Part shown: piece by piece, positions 35,550 to 47,835 of the stretch
Position numbering within the stretch: the first letter of the stretch is position 1
Layout: every line of letters begins with the position of its first letter
Assembly: GCF_006345805.1 (NCBI RefSeq)
Contig: NC_043005.1
Span: 5,766,001 to 5,830,000 of the forward strand
DNA from: Octopus sinensis
Taxonomy: Eukaryota
Direction: 5' to 3'
Length of the DNA: 64,000 nucleotides
The notes under the pieces: generated by a model
Told to the model about the DNA's origin: nothing
Database searches by the model: none
Seen by the model: only the letters and a program-made list of their open reading frames with translations
Translations under genes and position numbers: made by a program

Positions 35550-36015
35550 CATCATCATCATCATTTAATGTCCGTTTTCCATGCTAGCATGGGTTGGACG
35601 GTACGACCGGGGTCTGGGAAGCCAGGAGGTTGCACCAGGCCCAGTCTGATCTGGCAGTGTTTCTACAGCTGGATGCCCTTTCTAATGCCAACCACTCTGT
35701 GAGTGTAGTGGGTGCTTTTTATGTGCCACCGGCACGGAGGCCAGTCGAGGCGGCGCTGGCAACGGCCACATTCGGATGGTTCTTTTATGTGTCACCAGTA
35801 CTGGTATCACAACTACAATTTCCATTGATTTTTTTTTATCGATTTCGATTTCACTTGCCTCAACAGGTCTTCGCAAGCAGAGTTTTGTGTCCCAAGAAGG
35901 AAAGGAATGCATAAGTGGACTGGCTACATCCGAGGTAAAGGCCATGGGTTATGGTCTCACTTGTCCTGCCGGATCTTCTCACGCACAGCATATTTCCAAA
36001 GGTCTCGGTCACTAG
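35550..36015 (-). mobile_element. RTE-LINE 3' fragment
   Basis: (CAT)n tail plus the same 3' UTR as 26018 and 39905. Confidence 0.8.
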
Positions 36016-37134
36016 TTACATATACCTAAAATCCTCTCACTCTCTCTTGCTCTCCGTCAGTTAGAAGGGCTCCTCTTAGCTCCTTAAGTCTTGCCTATAA
36101 ACACATTCATTGTTAGTTGTTTGTCTCTATTTCACTTCTTTTTCTTTTTCTGGAATGTAACAACAGCAAAAATCTGTTGAAAACTAAAAATGAAGCATTT
36201 AAAAGACATAATGGACGTCCATTGAAAAGGTACAGATCAGTGTTGTGAAAAGTATTTTAGGGGCCATAAACAAACATCGTCTTTGGTAAAAAAGAAAGAA
36301 GTGAAATATAGACAAACAACAACTGGTATGTTTATAAGTAAATACTATCATAAGCCCTGGGACTCATACGGCCAGTTATGCAATATTCAGGACATTTAAG
36401 TGACTGAGATCACAACTTACTGTCTGAGTGAGACACCAATCTATTGCAGTGAGTGAACTGGAAGAATGTGAAATGAAGTGCTTTGTTCAAGAAGACAAGG
36501 CACTGCCCTGTATGGGAATAGAAACCACAATCTCATGATCATGAGTGCAACACCCTAATCACTAGGCCATAAGCCTTCATTTTGAATGCTTCTATAGGTT
36601 TTATTTATTATGTCCTTCCCCAAATATAACAATATTGGTTTCATCACATGGTTTCTTGCAAAATAAATTCAAAATAAAAAAATATTTATTTCTAACTCAA
36701 AAACCATGCACAACTTTAGGAGGAGGTGAACTGTCAACAAAATTAATCTTAGTGTTTAGCTGGTGCTTGGTTTATCTTTCATCCTTGCCCATAATTCCTC
36801 CAACCCACTCTAATAAATGGCAGCCAATCCTGGGCAGATCTGAAAGCAGAAATACAAAGGGAAATAACTAAGCATTACCAGATGTTTTATTTGGTGCTTT
36901 GTCATTTCTGCTACTCCCTCATCACTCTCAACGATAATAATGAGAAAGAACTCTATATGGTTGATCTACCTGCTAGCAGTAGCAGCCCAATCTTCCTCAA
37001 AGTTCAAACTTTTTGTCTTGTTTGGGAATTTGGTAGATGGAAACTGTATAGAAGCTTGTGTGTGTGTGCATGCATGTATGTGTTTTATGTATGTGTGTAC
37101 CTTTAAGTTTGTCTCTGACACTGCTTGACCACAT

Positions 37135-37865
37135 CATCATCATCATTTATCACCCACTTTCCTTGCTGGCATGGCCAGAGAGCTGCACCAGGTTCTAGTC
37201 TGATTTGGCATGGTTTCTATTGCTGGATGCCCTTCCTAATGTCAACCATTCCAAGAAGGTAATGCTTTTTATGTGCCACTGGCATGGATACCAGTTACAT
37301 GACGCCGGTATTGGCCACAACTATGATTTCACATGGCTTGATCAGTCTTCTCAAGCACAGCATATCGCCAAAGGTTTCGGTCACTTGCTATCACCTCTGT
37401 GAGGCCCAACATTCAAAGATCATGTCATGGCTTCCTGGGTCTACCTCTTCCACAGGTTTCCTCCACAGTTAGAAATCAGCACTTCTTTATGCAGCTGTCC
37501 TTGTCCATACACATCACCAGACTATACCAACACAGTCGTCTCAGGTTTTCTTTCTTGACGCTTACATTCTACCATACATGCACACTGACATTGCACATCC
37601 AGCAAAGCATACTAGCTTAATTTCTTTCAAGCCTTTGCATGTCCTCTGTGGTCACAGCCCACACTTCACTGCTGTGTAGCATGGTTTTTCACACACAGGC
37701 ATCATACAATCTGCCTTTCCCTCTGAGGGAGAGGCTCTTTGTTAACAACAAGGGTAAAAGTTCTTTGAACTTTGCCTATTTTTATTCTAGCAGCTACACT
37801 CTTGGAGCATCCACCTCTGTTGCTGACTTGGTCACCTAGGTAACGGAAGCTATCAATTACTACTA
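37135..37865 (-). mobile_element. RTE-LINE 3' fragment including the end of ORF2
   Basis: Reverse complement of the RT C-terminal region seen at 3100-3390, plus the (CAT)n tail. Confidence 0.75.
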
Positions 37866-38391
37866 ACTACAACTTCCTGTGTTAATTTCTATTCACCCTG
37901 ATAACTTAGCAGTGCAGCCAAAAGAAACCGCTGGGACACATACTATGCTTAAAATAAATACTAAGGTCAATTTGTTTGACCAAACTCTTCAAGGTGGTGC
38001 CCCAGCATGGCAGCAGTCAAGTGACTGAAACATGTAAAAGAATATAAAGAAAACAAAGAAATACATTGACTAAATGCAGTCGAAGATGTCTGCAGAAACT
38101 AAACTGGTCATAGGTCTTCTCAAGCAATACTGACCTAAAGTTAAACAATGTAACAATTGCTTTTCACAGAAGCACAAGGTTCACACATACTGAGATGAGT
38201 TTGTACATATTTTATCAACTCTAGAAAAGATGGAAGGTAATGTTCACTTCGGGAAGAATTTAAACTGTGGCAGTAAAAAAGACTGCATTAGTGTGTTTAA
38301 CTCCTTACCGATTCACTCAGTTCACCATTCCTAACAAGCATTATAATAACCAGCAGAATATGTGAAAATTTCATGGCTTATGTCAGCATAT

Positions 38392-38604
38392 TTAACCCTT
38401 TCGTTACTGTATTTCTGTTGAGATGCTATGTGTTTCTTCCAATTATTTTAAATATAACAAAGAATTTAGTAAAATAACTAGTGTTAGCAACATAAATTGT
38501 GACTAAGGTTTGGTGGAAGATTTTAATTCAGAACTTTTGAAAACCAGACATTTGTACTAAAGAGCCAGAGCCGGTTTCAGCCGGGTTGGTAACAAAAGGG
38601 TTAA
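38392..38604. mobile_element. piggyBac-type MITE with TTAA target duplication
   Basis: TTAA|CCCTTTCGTTAC ... GTAACAAAAGGG|TTAA. Degenerate relatives near 27690, 50010 and 50310. Confidence 0.75.
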
Positions 38605-39339
38605 AAACATTATGTTAAAATGTTAAACAAAAGCAAGGACTTGTGAACATTTTTTTTTTTTGAAATCCTGCCATTTAATCAAAACTGTACTTTTAAATAT
38701 AATTGAAATGAACTTAGAAGGTATTGCTTATTTACCTTCTTTTAATGTTTGACGGATATGATCTGCTCTATAGTTTAAGGAAATAAAAGACGAATTAAAA
38801 CAATAAAACCTATTCAAATATATACAAAAAGTAAACAAACTACAGTTTATGTTGTCCAACCACCAATGCTCAGTCCAATTGAGATTATTTTCATTTCTTT
38901 TCATTTCACCCCAGTTCAGCTACCTACCTATTATAATCTATTAATATGGCTTTCTATCTGCATTTCTATTGATATATCTGTAGACTCACTTACATACCTA
39001 TCTATCTAGCAAGCTATTTGTCTACCATATCTACTTTCCCTTCTGCTGGTGTATGCATCTCTCTACTTTCATAATACCAATGAGCATTTAAACCTAACAA
39101 AAAAAAAAAAATGCATTATAGCAGTGTTCCAGCATGGCCACAACTTTTGGTCTGGGACACTTAGAAGATAAAAGTGTAACATCCACAGCTATTTGCTAAC
39201 TAAAGTTATTTCACTTAAATTTCACTGTTGATACATCTTTAAATTTATGAATATTCATGACATCGCTTCATTATGTTAAACATTTCAACTAGGCCTGCAA
39301 TTGGAACACTCAAAAACAGAATGATATAGACCTTCTCCT

Positions 39340-39424
39340 GCTCTCTCTCTCTCTCTCTCTCTCTCATGTCTTCTCTTTTTATTTTTTCCCTGATTTCACA
39401 ATTTCCATTTCTCTCTTTGTCTTC

Positions 39425-39475
<51 letters not shown>
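39340..39475. repeat. (CT)n microsatellite cluster
   Basis: Two long CT tracts. Confidence 0.9.
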
Positions 39476-39476
<1 letters not shown>

Positions 39477-39594
39477 ATATATATAAATCTTTCTTCATTG
39501 GAATCATTACTTCCCTTGATGAAACATACAGGCAAAATAGCCAGACCACAGGAACCAGCAGAATAATAGTATAGATAATGTAAAGCTTCAATAT

Positions 39595-39628
<34 letters not shown>

Positions 39629-39904
39629 TGTACACATGCACACACACACGCACACATGCATTCATGTATATATACATATATTTACATAAAAAGCCTGCAG
39701 TCCACTCTGCAAAGTGGTTGGTCTTAGGAAGGACATGGCTGCTTCCTTCTCTGGAGACTGTCAGAATGATTTGGACGCCTCTGATGAAAAACCAATAAGG
39801 TTTGAAAATTGATTAAGGTTGTTCATAATTCTTTTTTTTCAGTTTGTGGAGAAATGGCTAAAATTTGCCCTGTTTATAATTATACTATATGTTATATATA
39901 TATA

Positions 39905-40555
39905 TATCATCATCATCATCATCATCATTTAACATCTGTTTTCCATGCTAGCATGGGTTGGACGATTTGACTGAGGACTGGCGAACCAGATGGCTGCAAC
40001 AGGTTCCAATCTGATCTGGTAGAGTTTCTACAGCTGGATGCCCTTCCTAATGCCAACCACTCTGAGAGTGTAGTGGGTGCTTTTATGTGCCACCGGCACG
40101 GGGGCCAGTCAGGCAGTACTGGCAATGACTTCGCTCAAATGTTTTTTCACATGCCACCAGCACAAGTGCCAGGAAGGCAACGCTGGTAACAATCACGCTT
40201 GAATGGTGCCTTTTACGTGCCACTGGCACGAAAGCCAATTAGCCTCTCCATCAACGATCATGCTCGGATGGTGCTCTTAGCACCCCACTAGCACAGATGC
40301 CAGTCATTAAATTTGATTTCGATTTCACTTGCCTCAACAGGTCTTCGCAGGAAGAGTTTAGTGTCCAAAAAAGGAAAGGTATGCATAAGTGGGCTGGTTA
40401 CGCATCTAGCATAGGCCATGAGGTTATGGTCTCATTTGGCTTGCCGGGTCTTCTCAAGCACAGCATATTTCCAAAAGTCTTGGTCACTAGTCATTGCCTC
40501 GGTGCGGCCTAAAGTTCGAAGTTCGTGCTTCACCACTTCATCCCATGTCTTCCTG
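39905..40555 (-). mobile_element. RTE-LINE 3' fragment
   Basis: (CAT)n tail, shared 3' UTR and end of ORF2. Confidence 0.8.
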
Positions 40556-40830
40556 TGGAAGAGGTAGACCCAGGAAAACCTGGAACGAGGTGGTAAAGCA
40601 CGATCTTTGAACTTTAGGTCTCACCAAGGAAATGACTAGAGACCGAGACCTATGGAAGTATGCTGTGCGTGAAAAGACCCGGCAAGACTAGTGAGACCAT
40701 AACCCGTGGCCTCTACCTTGTATGTAGCCAGTCGACTTATACATACCTTTTTTTCTTCTTGGGACACAAAACTCCACTTGTGAAGACCCGTTGAGGCAAG
40801 TGAAAATCAAAATCAAATCAAATCATATCA
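40556..40830 (+). mobile_element. RTE-LINE fragment in inverted orientation abutting 39905-40555
   Basis: GRGRPRKTW..VVKHD-type ORF2 end and 3' UTR, complementary to 40310-40555. Confidence 0.75.
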
Positions 40831-40944
40831 GAAAGCAGAAAGCAGAACCAAAATCGAAGTCGATCAACATGCACATACATGTACACACAGATACACATCT
40901 ATATGGATACATGTATACATGCTTAAATACATACATATATATAT

Positions 40945-41161
40945 ATAAAGTTAATCCAAACAAGAAAGCACAAAAAAAAACACAACAACGCGAGGACGTG
41001 GAACAAATATAGTATTATTGGACGCTCAGGAAAGAAGGAAAGAAGGAGGGTTGAACGTTTCGAGCGGAGGTCTTCGTCGGAAACATAGGAGAAGGAAAGA
41101 TCCAGAGAAGGGAAGACAGAGGAAAAAAAATCGCCAACAGTACACACGAGGTCACATTTTG

Positions 41162-41165
<4 letters not shown>
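40945..41165 (-). mobile_element. Penelope-like terminal-repeat fragment between (TA)n tracts, with a degenerate hammerhead-like motif
   Basis: Minus strand 41084-41050 reads GTTT-CCGACGA-A-GACC-TCC-GCTC-GAAAC-GTT-CAAC. Partial copy at 49190-49245. Confidence 0.5.
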
Positions 41166-41203
<38 letters not shown>

Positions 41204-42493
41204 TGTGGGCTTGTAATTCTGAAAAGGGATCTCAGCTACAGGTAGTGACACTGCTGTCCCTTTCCCATGTCAGTAGTTTGTCCACTCTCTTTTAAATAGG
41301 ATACATCCAACATGAGAAACAAGTAAAGATAAGCATCAAAAACGGCATCTGACTGTGAAGCAAATCCCTCAATGCTATGTTCATCTAACTCATGCTAGGA
41401 TGGAAAAATGAATGTGAAACAAACAAGCTATGTCATCATCATCCTCATAATCATCATCATCATCATTTAACATTTATTTTCCATGCTGGCATGGGTGGAA
41501 TGCCAATGAGTTAGAGGACTGTTTTATGTTCCAGTGTCTGCTTTGGCGCCGTTTCTACAGTTGGTTGCCCCTTCTAATGCCGACCACTTTACAGCATGTA
41601 TTGGGTGCTTTTCTCATGGCACCAGCACTAGTGAGGTTACCTTGCAGCTTGCAAGACTACGATTCCCTTCAGAGGACGGGGTACAGAGGGAGGTGACTTT
41701 TTTGCTAGGTGATATGGGGGTCAATATATGAGGGAAAGGGCCAAAACAAAACAGATTTCTTGCTGTAGAGGAGCAACATGAATACTCATATCAAAGAAGA
41801 GGACGTTATATAATGTGACACTGGGTTCTCTGTACATAGGAAAAAAATGGAGTGGTCATGGCTGGAATGTATTTCACCATAGGTCTGTATGAATAAAGCT
41901 GACCTGGGTATTGTAACTATGTTTTAAAAGTTGACATTTTTTTTATGTGAACTTGCAAGACTGAGTTCAAATATACCTGTGAAAAAGGAGAAAGCAAAAT
42001 GAAGAAAAGGGGTTGTATTGATCTAGGGGGGGCCTTTCTACCTTAGTTTGTATTGATCTAGGGGGGCCCTTCTACCTTGATGGCGTGATTTGAAGGAGAT
42101 TTGATGATTAACTCCAGCAGGTCAAATAATCATTGGCTTGTTGAGAGTTGTTCAACCCCTGAAGTACCTACATAGGTACCACAGGGATGCCTAATATATA
42201 ATCTGTCGGATAAACTGATGCGCTTCAGAGTTATCTGTGTTCACCATAGAAACAATGCATTGTTGATGACGACATGATACAAAGTGCCAACCTCACACGA
42301 ACAATATGAATAAGCAACTCCACTGTCATCCGACTCTGCAACCAACTAGAACAGCTCATCACAATCAATATAATCAATGAACCAATGAAAGAGTCACTAT
42401 GTGTTAGTTCAGCCTGCTAGAAACAACAGCCAAATTTCCTTGAAGTTACACCCTAATGTCTTTAAAAATATGTATATATATATATATGTATAT

Positions 42494-42925
42494 TTTTACT
42501 TTTTATTCTTTTACTTGTTTCAGTCATTTGACTGTGGCCATGCTAGAGCATCGCCTTGAAGGGTTTTAGTCAATGAAATCGACTCCATGACTTATTTTTA
42601 AAGCCTAGTACTTATTCTATCAGTCTCTTTTGCTGAACTGCAAAGTAAACACACCAATACTGGTTGTCAAGCAGTGACAGGGTGGGGGACAAACACAGGC
42701 ATAAAGACACATAGAGAGACACACATATACACACACATACACACATGCATACACACATATACAACGGGTTTCTTTCAGTTTCCATTTACCGAATCCACTC
42801 ACAAAGCTTTGGTCAGCTTGAGGCTATAGTAGAAGACACTTGCCCAAGGTGCTATGCAGTAGGACTGTACCCGGAACCATGGAGTTGAGAAGCAAGCTTC
42901 TTACCACACAGTCACGCCTGGACCT
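42494..42925 (-). mobile_element. Family A SINE
   Basis: Full-length reverse copy with an internal (CA)/(TA) tract. Confidence 0.85.
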
Positions 42926-42956
42926 ATAAATAAGTATGTATGTGTGTGCATGTATG

Positions 42957-43010
<54 letters not shown>

Positions 43011-43013
<3 letters not shown>

Positions 43014-43249
43014 TCTTCTACTCTTTTACCTGTTTCAGGTATTTGATAATGGCCATGCAGGAGTACCACCTTTAGTCGAACAAATCAACCCCAGGACTTA
43101 TTCTTTGTAAGCCTAGTATTTATTCTATTGGTTCCTTTTGCTGAACCGCTAATTTACAGGACATAAACACACCAACCTTGGCTGCCAAGTGATTGTGGGG
43201 GGGGGGGGACAAACACAGACACACAAATATACACACAACACACACACAA

Positions 43250-43318
<69 letters not shown>

Positions 43319-43477
43319 GACAGGCTTCTTTCAGTTTCTGTCAACCAAATCCACCTCACACAGCTTTGGTTGGCCTGAGGCTACAGTAGAAGACACTTGC
43401 CCAAGGTGCCATGCAGTGGGACTGAACCCAGAATGATGTGTTTGGGAAGCAAGCTTCCTACCACACAGCCATGCCTA
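43011..43477 (-). mobile_element. Family A SINE
   Basis: Full-length reverse copy with an expanded internal (TA)n. Confidence 0.85.
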
Positions 43478-43950
43478 TATATAAAAACAATAACATGGTT
43501 GGGCTGAGCTGATTGAAACGTGTTCTTTATCAATGAACAAAACAATTACTGCATGTAAAAACAATGTTTGCTTCAGGTGAATTGAGAGCAAATTGTTTTG
43601 TTCATCAATAAAGAACACATCTGGAATAGCTGTAATGAACCTCAGCCCATCTGTTATTGCTTATACTTCATCACACTCAGAACCTTTCCTCCGTTGGATC
43701 TTGAGCCTACAGTGGATTGTGGAATGCGTGCTGGAGTGTACGCCTGTGTGACTTTACATATATGTTACTTGGTCATTACTTGTGAATGTATGCACAACTG
43801 GAAGGACAAATTTGTATTTACTTTAGTAGGTATGTGAGTGTGCATACCCACTGTTAGTGTACAGGTGCACTGACCCTGACTCTGCCTTGGTGCCTTTGTC
43901 ATTTAATTACCTTGATTCAGTTGGATCCTAAAAATTATATATATATATAT

Positions 43951-44116
43951 AGGCGCAGGAGTGGCTGTGTAGTAAGTAGCTTGCTTACCAACCACATGGT
44001 TCCGGGTTCAGTCCCACTGTATGGCATCTTGGGCAAGTGTCTTCTGCTATAACCCCGGGCTGACCAATGCCTTGTGAGTGGATTTGGTAGACGGAAACTG
44101 AAAGAACCCTGTTGTA

Positions 44117-44208
<92 letters not shown>

Positions 44209-44431
44209 TATATATATGTATGTATGTTTGTGTGTCTGTATTTTTCCCTCTAGCATTGCTTGACAACCGATGCTGCTGTGTTTATGTCCCCGTCACTTTG
44301 CGGTTCGGCAAAAGGGACTGATAGAATAAGTACTGGGCTTACAAAGAATAAGTCACGGGGTCGATCTGCTCGACTAAAGGAGGTGCTCCAGCATGGTCAC
44401 AGTCAAATGACTGAAACAAGTAAAAGAGAGA
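43951..44431 (+). mobile_element. Family A SINE
   Basis: Full-length copy with an internal (TA)n of about 100 nt. Confidence 0.88.
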
Positions 44432-44779
44432 AAGAGATATATCGTTGCTATTAAGTTAAATAGATTGCTTCATATATGGGCTGAGCTGTTTTATGTTCAA
44501 ATTTGGCCAAATGCAATTTTTTCAATATTTAATTTTTGCTTGCAATAGCCAGTTCTTTAGGTCAAACTATCGTATCTCCAGCTGCTTCAGATGCCAAGAT
44601 ATCAAAAATTGTCAAAGTGTGCTACAATGGTTTTGCTATGGAATGGTGAGACTATTTTTCTGTTTACTGAAAAAGCAATGTTTGGGACTTACAACACTTT
44701 TGCAAAATAGCAACGATATATATATATATATATAATATATTATTGAATGGAAGAAATGGAGTTGAACGAAGATTGTACA

Positions 44780-44889
44780 GAATTCCTTTTATTACATTCT
44801 ACACATGTTTCAAAGGCCACAAATTTCCAAATTCTGATTAAATAAGAGTACCATATTGTGGCTTTCTCATCAGGAAAAAACAGGAATTC
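44780..44889 (-). ncRNA. Type I hammerhead ribozyme (predicted), mirror copy on the minus strand, cleavage between 44800 and 44799
   Basis: Exact reverse complement of 45021-45130 except one base in loop II. Confidence 0.7.
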
Positions 44890-45020
44890 CGTTGACAGAA
44901 CAAAACAGAACAGAGGCGCAGCAATTCGAACGAGGAGGCTCTTTAAGGTTCAGCCATGGGCTCTTAAAGAGCCTCCTCGTTCGAATTGCTGCGCCTCTGT
45001 TCTGTTTTGTTCTGTCAACG

Positions 45021-45130
45021 GAATTCCTGTTTTTTCCTGATGAGAAAGCCACAATATGGTACCCTTATTTAATCAGAATTTGGAAATTTGTGGCCTTTGA
45101 AACATGTGTAGAATGTAATAAAAGGAATTC
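45021..45130 (+). ncRNA. Type I hammerhead ribozyme (predicted), cleavage after GUA 45110
   Basis: Core CUGAUGA 45037-45043. Stem II 45044-45054/45088-45098 (10 of 11 pairs). GAAA 45099-45102. Stem III AC-AUGU-GU, then A17. Stem I proximal UUC/GAA and distal GAAUUCC/GGAAUUC with an internal loop. Confidence 0.7.
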
Positions 45131-45325
45131 TGTACAATCTTCGTTCAACTCCATTTCTTCCATTCAATAATAATATTAAACTTCAATTATCCGCACCAAT
45201 GCACGGTTGCAGCACCAAATGGTCTTATCTCCAACCGTGTATTTTCTGCTGTGATTTTTGCTACCCAGGTATCGGTTAAACTTTTGAATAATCTGTAACA
45301 AGAAAATTCATCTTTCTATTTCAAC

Positions 45326-45370
<45 letters not shown>

Positions 45371-46342
45371 GTATATAAAGAAAGAACACAAACGAGTCGA
45401 GGCTCACTACAGCTGTTTCAGGCATGTTTTTTTTATTGAAGAACAATCTAATTATATCATGAAAAAAAAAACACATTTTCTTCAGGTGAATTAAGACTTA
45501 AACTTACATATTTGGTTCAGAAAAAATATCGAGATATGGAATGTGTGTTGACAGTCTCATTCTGGCAACTCTCCGGTTGATTTAATTGGTTTATTCATGA
45601 ATAAAGAACACATTTGAAACTGGTGTAATGGAGCTCAACCAATTTGTGTTCTCTCTTTACGTAAACACTAAATCTAGAACCTTCTGTTGGCATGCATGCA
45701 TGCATAATTTCATATACGTGTATACTAATATGAGTGTATATATTGATTTGCTCATGTACATGTATATGTAAGTGTTAGGACATGTCCATATATGTAACGA
45801 TCTATTTGTGCATGCTTGTATACAATGAATAGAGTAATCTCGACCATGACTTGGTATCGTTATTAAAATACTTTGATTCAAATGAATCCTACAAATAATT
45901 AATTGCATACATATATATATATATATATATAATTTACTTGTCTAGTTGTCAATGTAGTGTGTATATTAACCAAAGTATACAATATTATAGATACATTACA
46001 GCTGATCATACTAATGGATTTCACGTACCATTTTTTCAATACCTGCCATCTCAGATGAACACAGTTACCAGACAACCATCCACTTACATAATATTTGGGA
46101 TGAAACCAATAGGTAAGATCAGTTGTAATGGATCTATAACACTATACATTGATTAATAAATATATGTAGATGTATGTGTATGTATATGTGTGTGTGTGCA
46201 TATGTATGTATATATATATGAATATATATGAATATATATATATATATATATATACAGAGTAGTGGTACAACAAAGCGCCAATGTTTACTGGAAATAGCAG
46301 GCGATACATTTACGACTCTATATGTATTTACGACTCAATGTG

Positions 46343-46404
<62 letters not shown>

Positions 46405-47279
46405 TACATTTAAAGGTGGTGCTCCAGCATGGCCACAGTCAAATGACTGAAACAGGTAAAAGAGAGTACATATGTGGAAAATCATATTTATTGAATTTGA
46501 TGAAACTTGACATGTGAGTAGAAGTCGTGTCTAGAAACCTCATGACATACTTAGAGCGTTGAAAAAATCGATAATATGGCCCCTAGAAAGGACCTTTATA
46601 CCTCATTTGACTATTTTTAAACACCCAAGGGAAATAACCCATACCACCTGCAGTTTTTAGCGAAGCGATCAATATTTGATTGATATAATCAGCCGACCTA
46701 ATTCTGCATTTCACAATTTTGAACTACTAAACATTATTATTGCACTGCCTTAATTTGAATCATAAACATTAAAGACTTCATTCATACATTTCCATACATA
46801 CATACTTTTTTTAATGGCCATCACTCCGATAATTCTACATTTTTACAGTCACACTTTTTCCATGACAGTAGAAAAATGTTTTATTCTACAACATATTTAT
46901 AGTGGCTTCATGCAGGCATAGCATGGATTCGATCCTCGATTGCCAAATTTCGCACAGTAAAACAATAGTTTTTCTGTGAATGACAGCAGTTATACATTTC
47001 CCAGATGCATTCGCTAAGCAGAATAATTTCTTTGCCTCTTACCAATCTCCAACAACCTCTCTCACCAACTTCTGACAATCTTTCTCACCAACCTCTGAAA
47101 TTCTCTCTCGCCAACCTCCAACAATCTCTCCCTCCTCCAGCTGACATTATTTTGTACTTTTTCATGATGGGAAATACACCTTTTGTGGCAGTTATAACAA
47201 AATTGCCTTCTTATATCAGAGTAATAAAGTGTTTCAATAGAACATATTTACCCCTAGAAATTACTGGGTACACAAGCCA

Positions 47280-47410
<131 letters not shown>

Positions 47411-47413
47411 TAT

Positions 47414-47575
47414 AGGTGCAGGCATGGCTGTGCGGTAAATAGCTTGCTGCCCAACCAGATGATTCTGGGTTCAGTTCCACTGCATGCTATCTTGGGCAAG
47501 TGTCTTCTACTGCAGCCTCAAGCTAACCAAAGCTTTGTGAGTGGATTTGGTAGACAGAAACTGAAAGAAGCGTGT

Positions 47576-47620
<45 letters not shown>

Positions 47621-47835
47621 ATATTTGTGTGTTTGTATCTGTCTTGGTCCCTCCACCATTGCTTCACAACTGATCTTGGTGTGTTTACGTCCCCGTAACT
47701 TAGCAATCAGGCAAAAGCGACGGATAGAATAAGTACCAGGCCTACAAAAAATAAGTCCTGGGGTCGATTTTTTTGACTAAAAGGTGGTGCTCCAGCATGG
47801 CCACAGTAAAAATGACTGAAACAAGTGTGTAAAAG
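47414..47835 (+). mobile_element. Family A SINE
   Basis: Full-length copy following a long (TA)n. Confidence 0.85.

Larger units (their letters stand above)
44738..45172. repeat. Near-perfect inverted repeat: 210-bp arms (44738-44947 / 44963-45172), 15-nt spacer; probable Penelope-like terminal-repeat foldback
   Basis: Arms are complementary at 209/210 positions by eye (mismatch A44847/C45063). Left flank is a (TA)n tract. Confidence 0.92.

Noticed and set aside
44856-45170. ORFs 44856-45170, 44858-45040 and 44870-45052 as proteins
   Set aside because: Mirror-image products of the inverted repeat; the informative signal is RNA structure, not coding.
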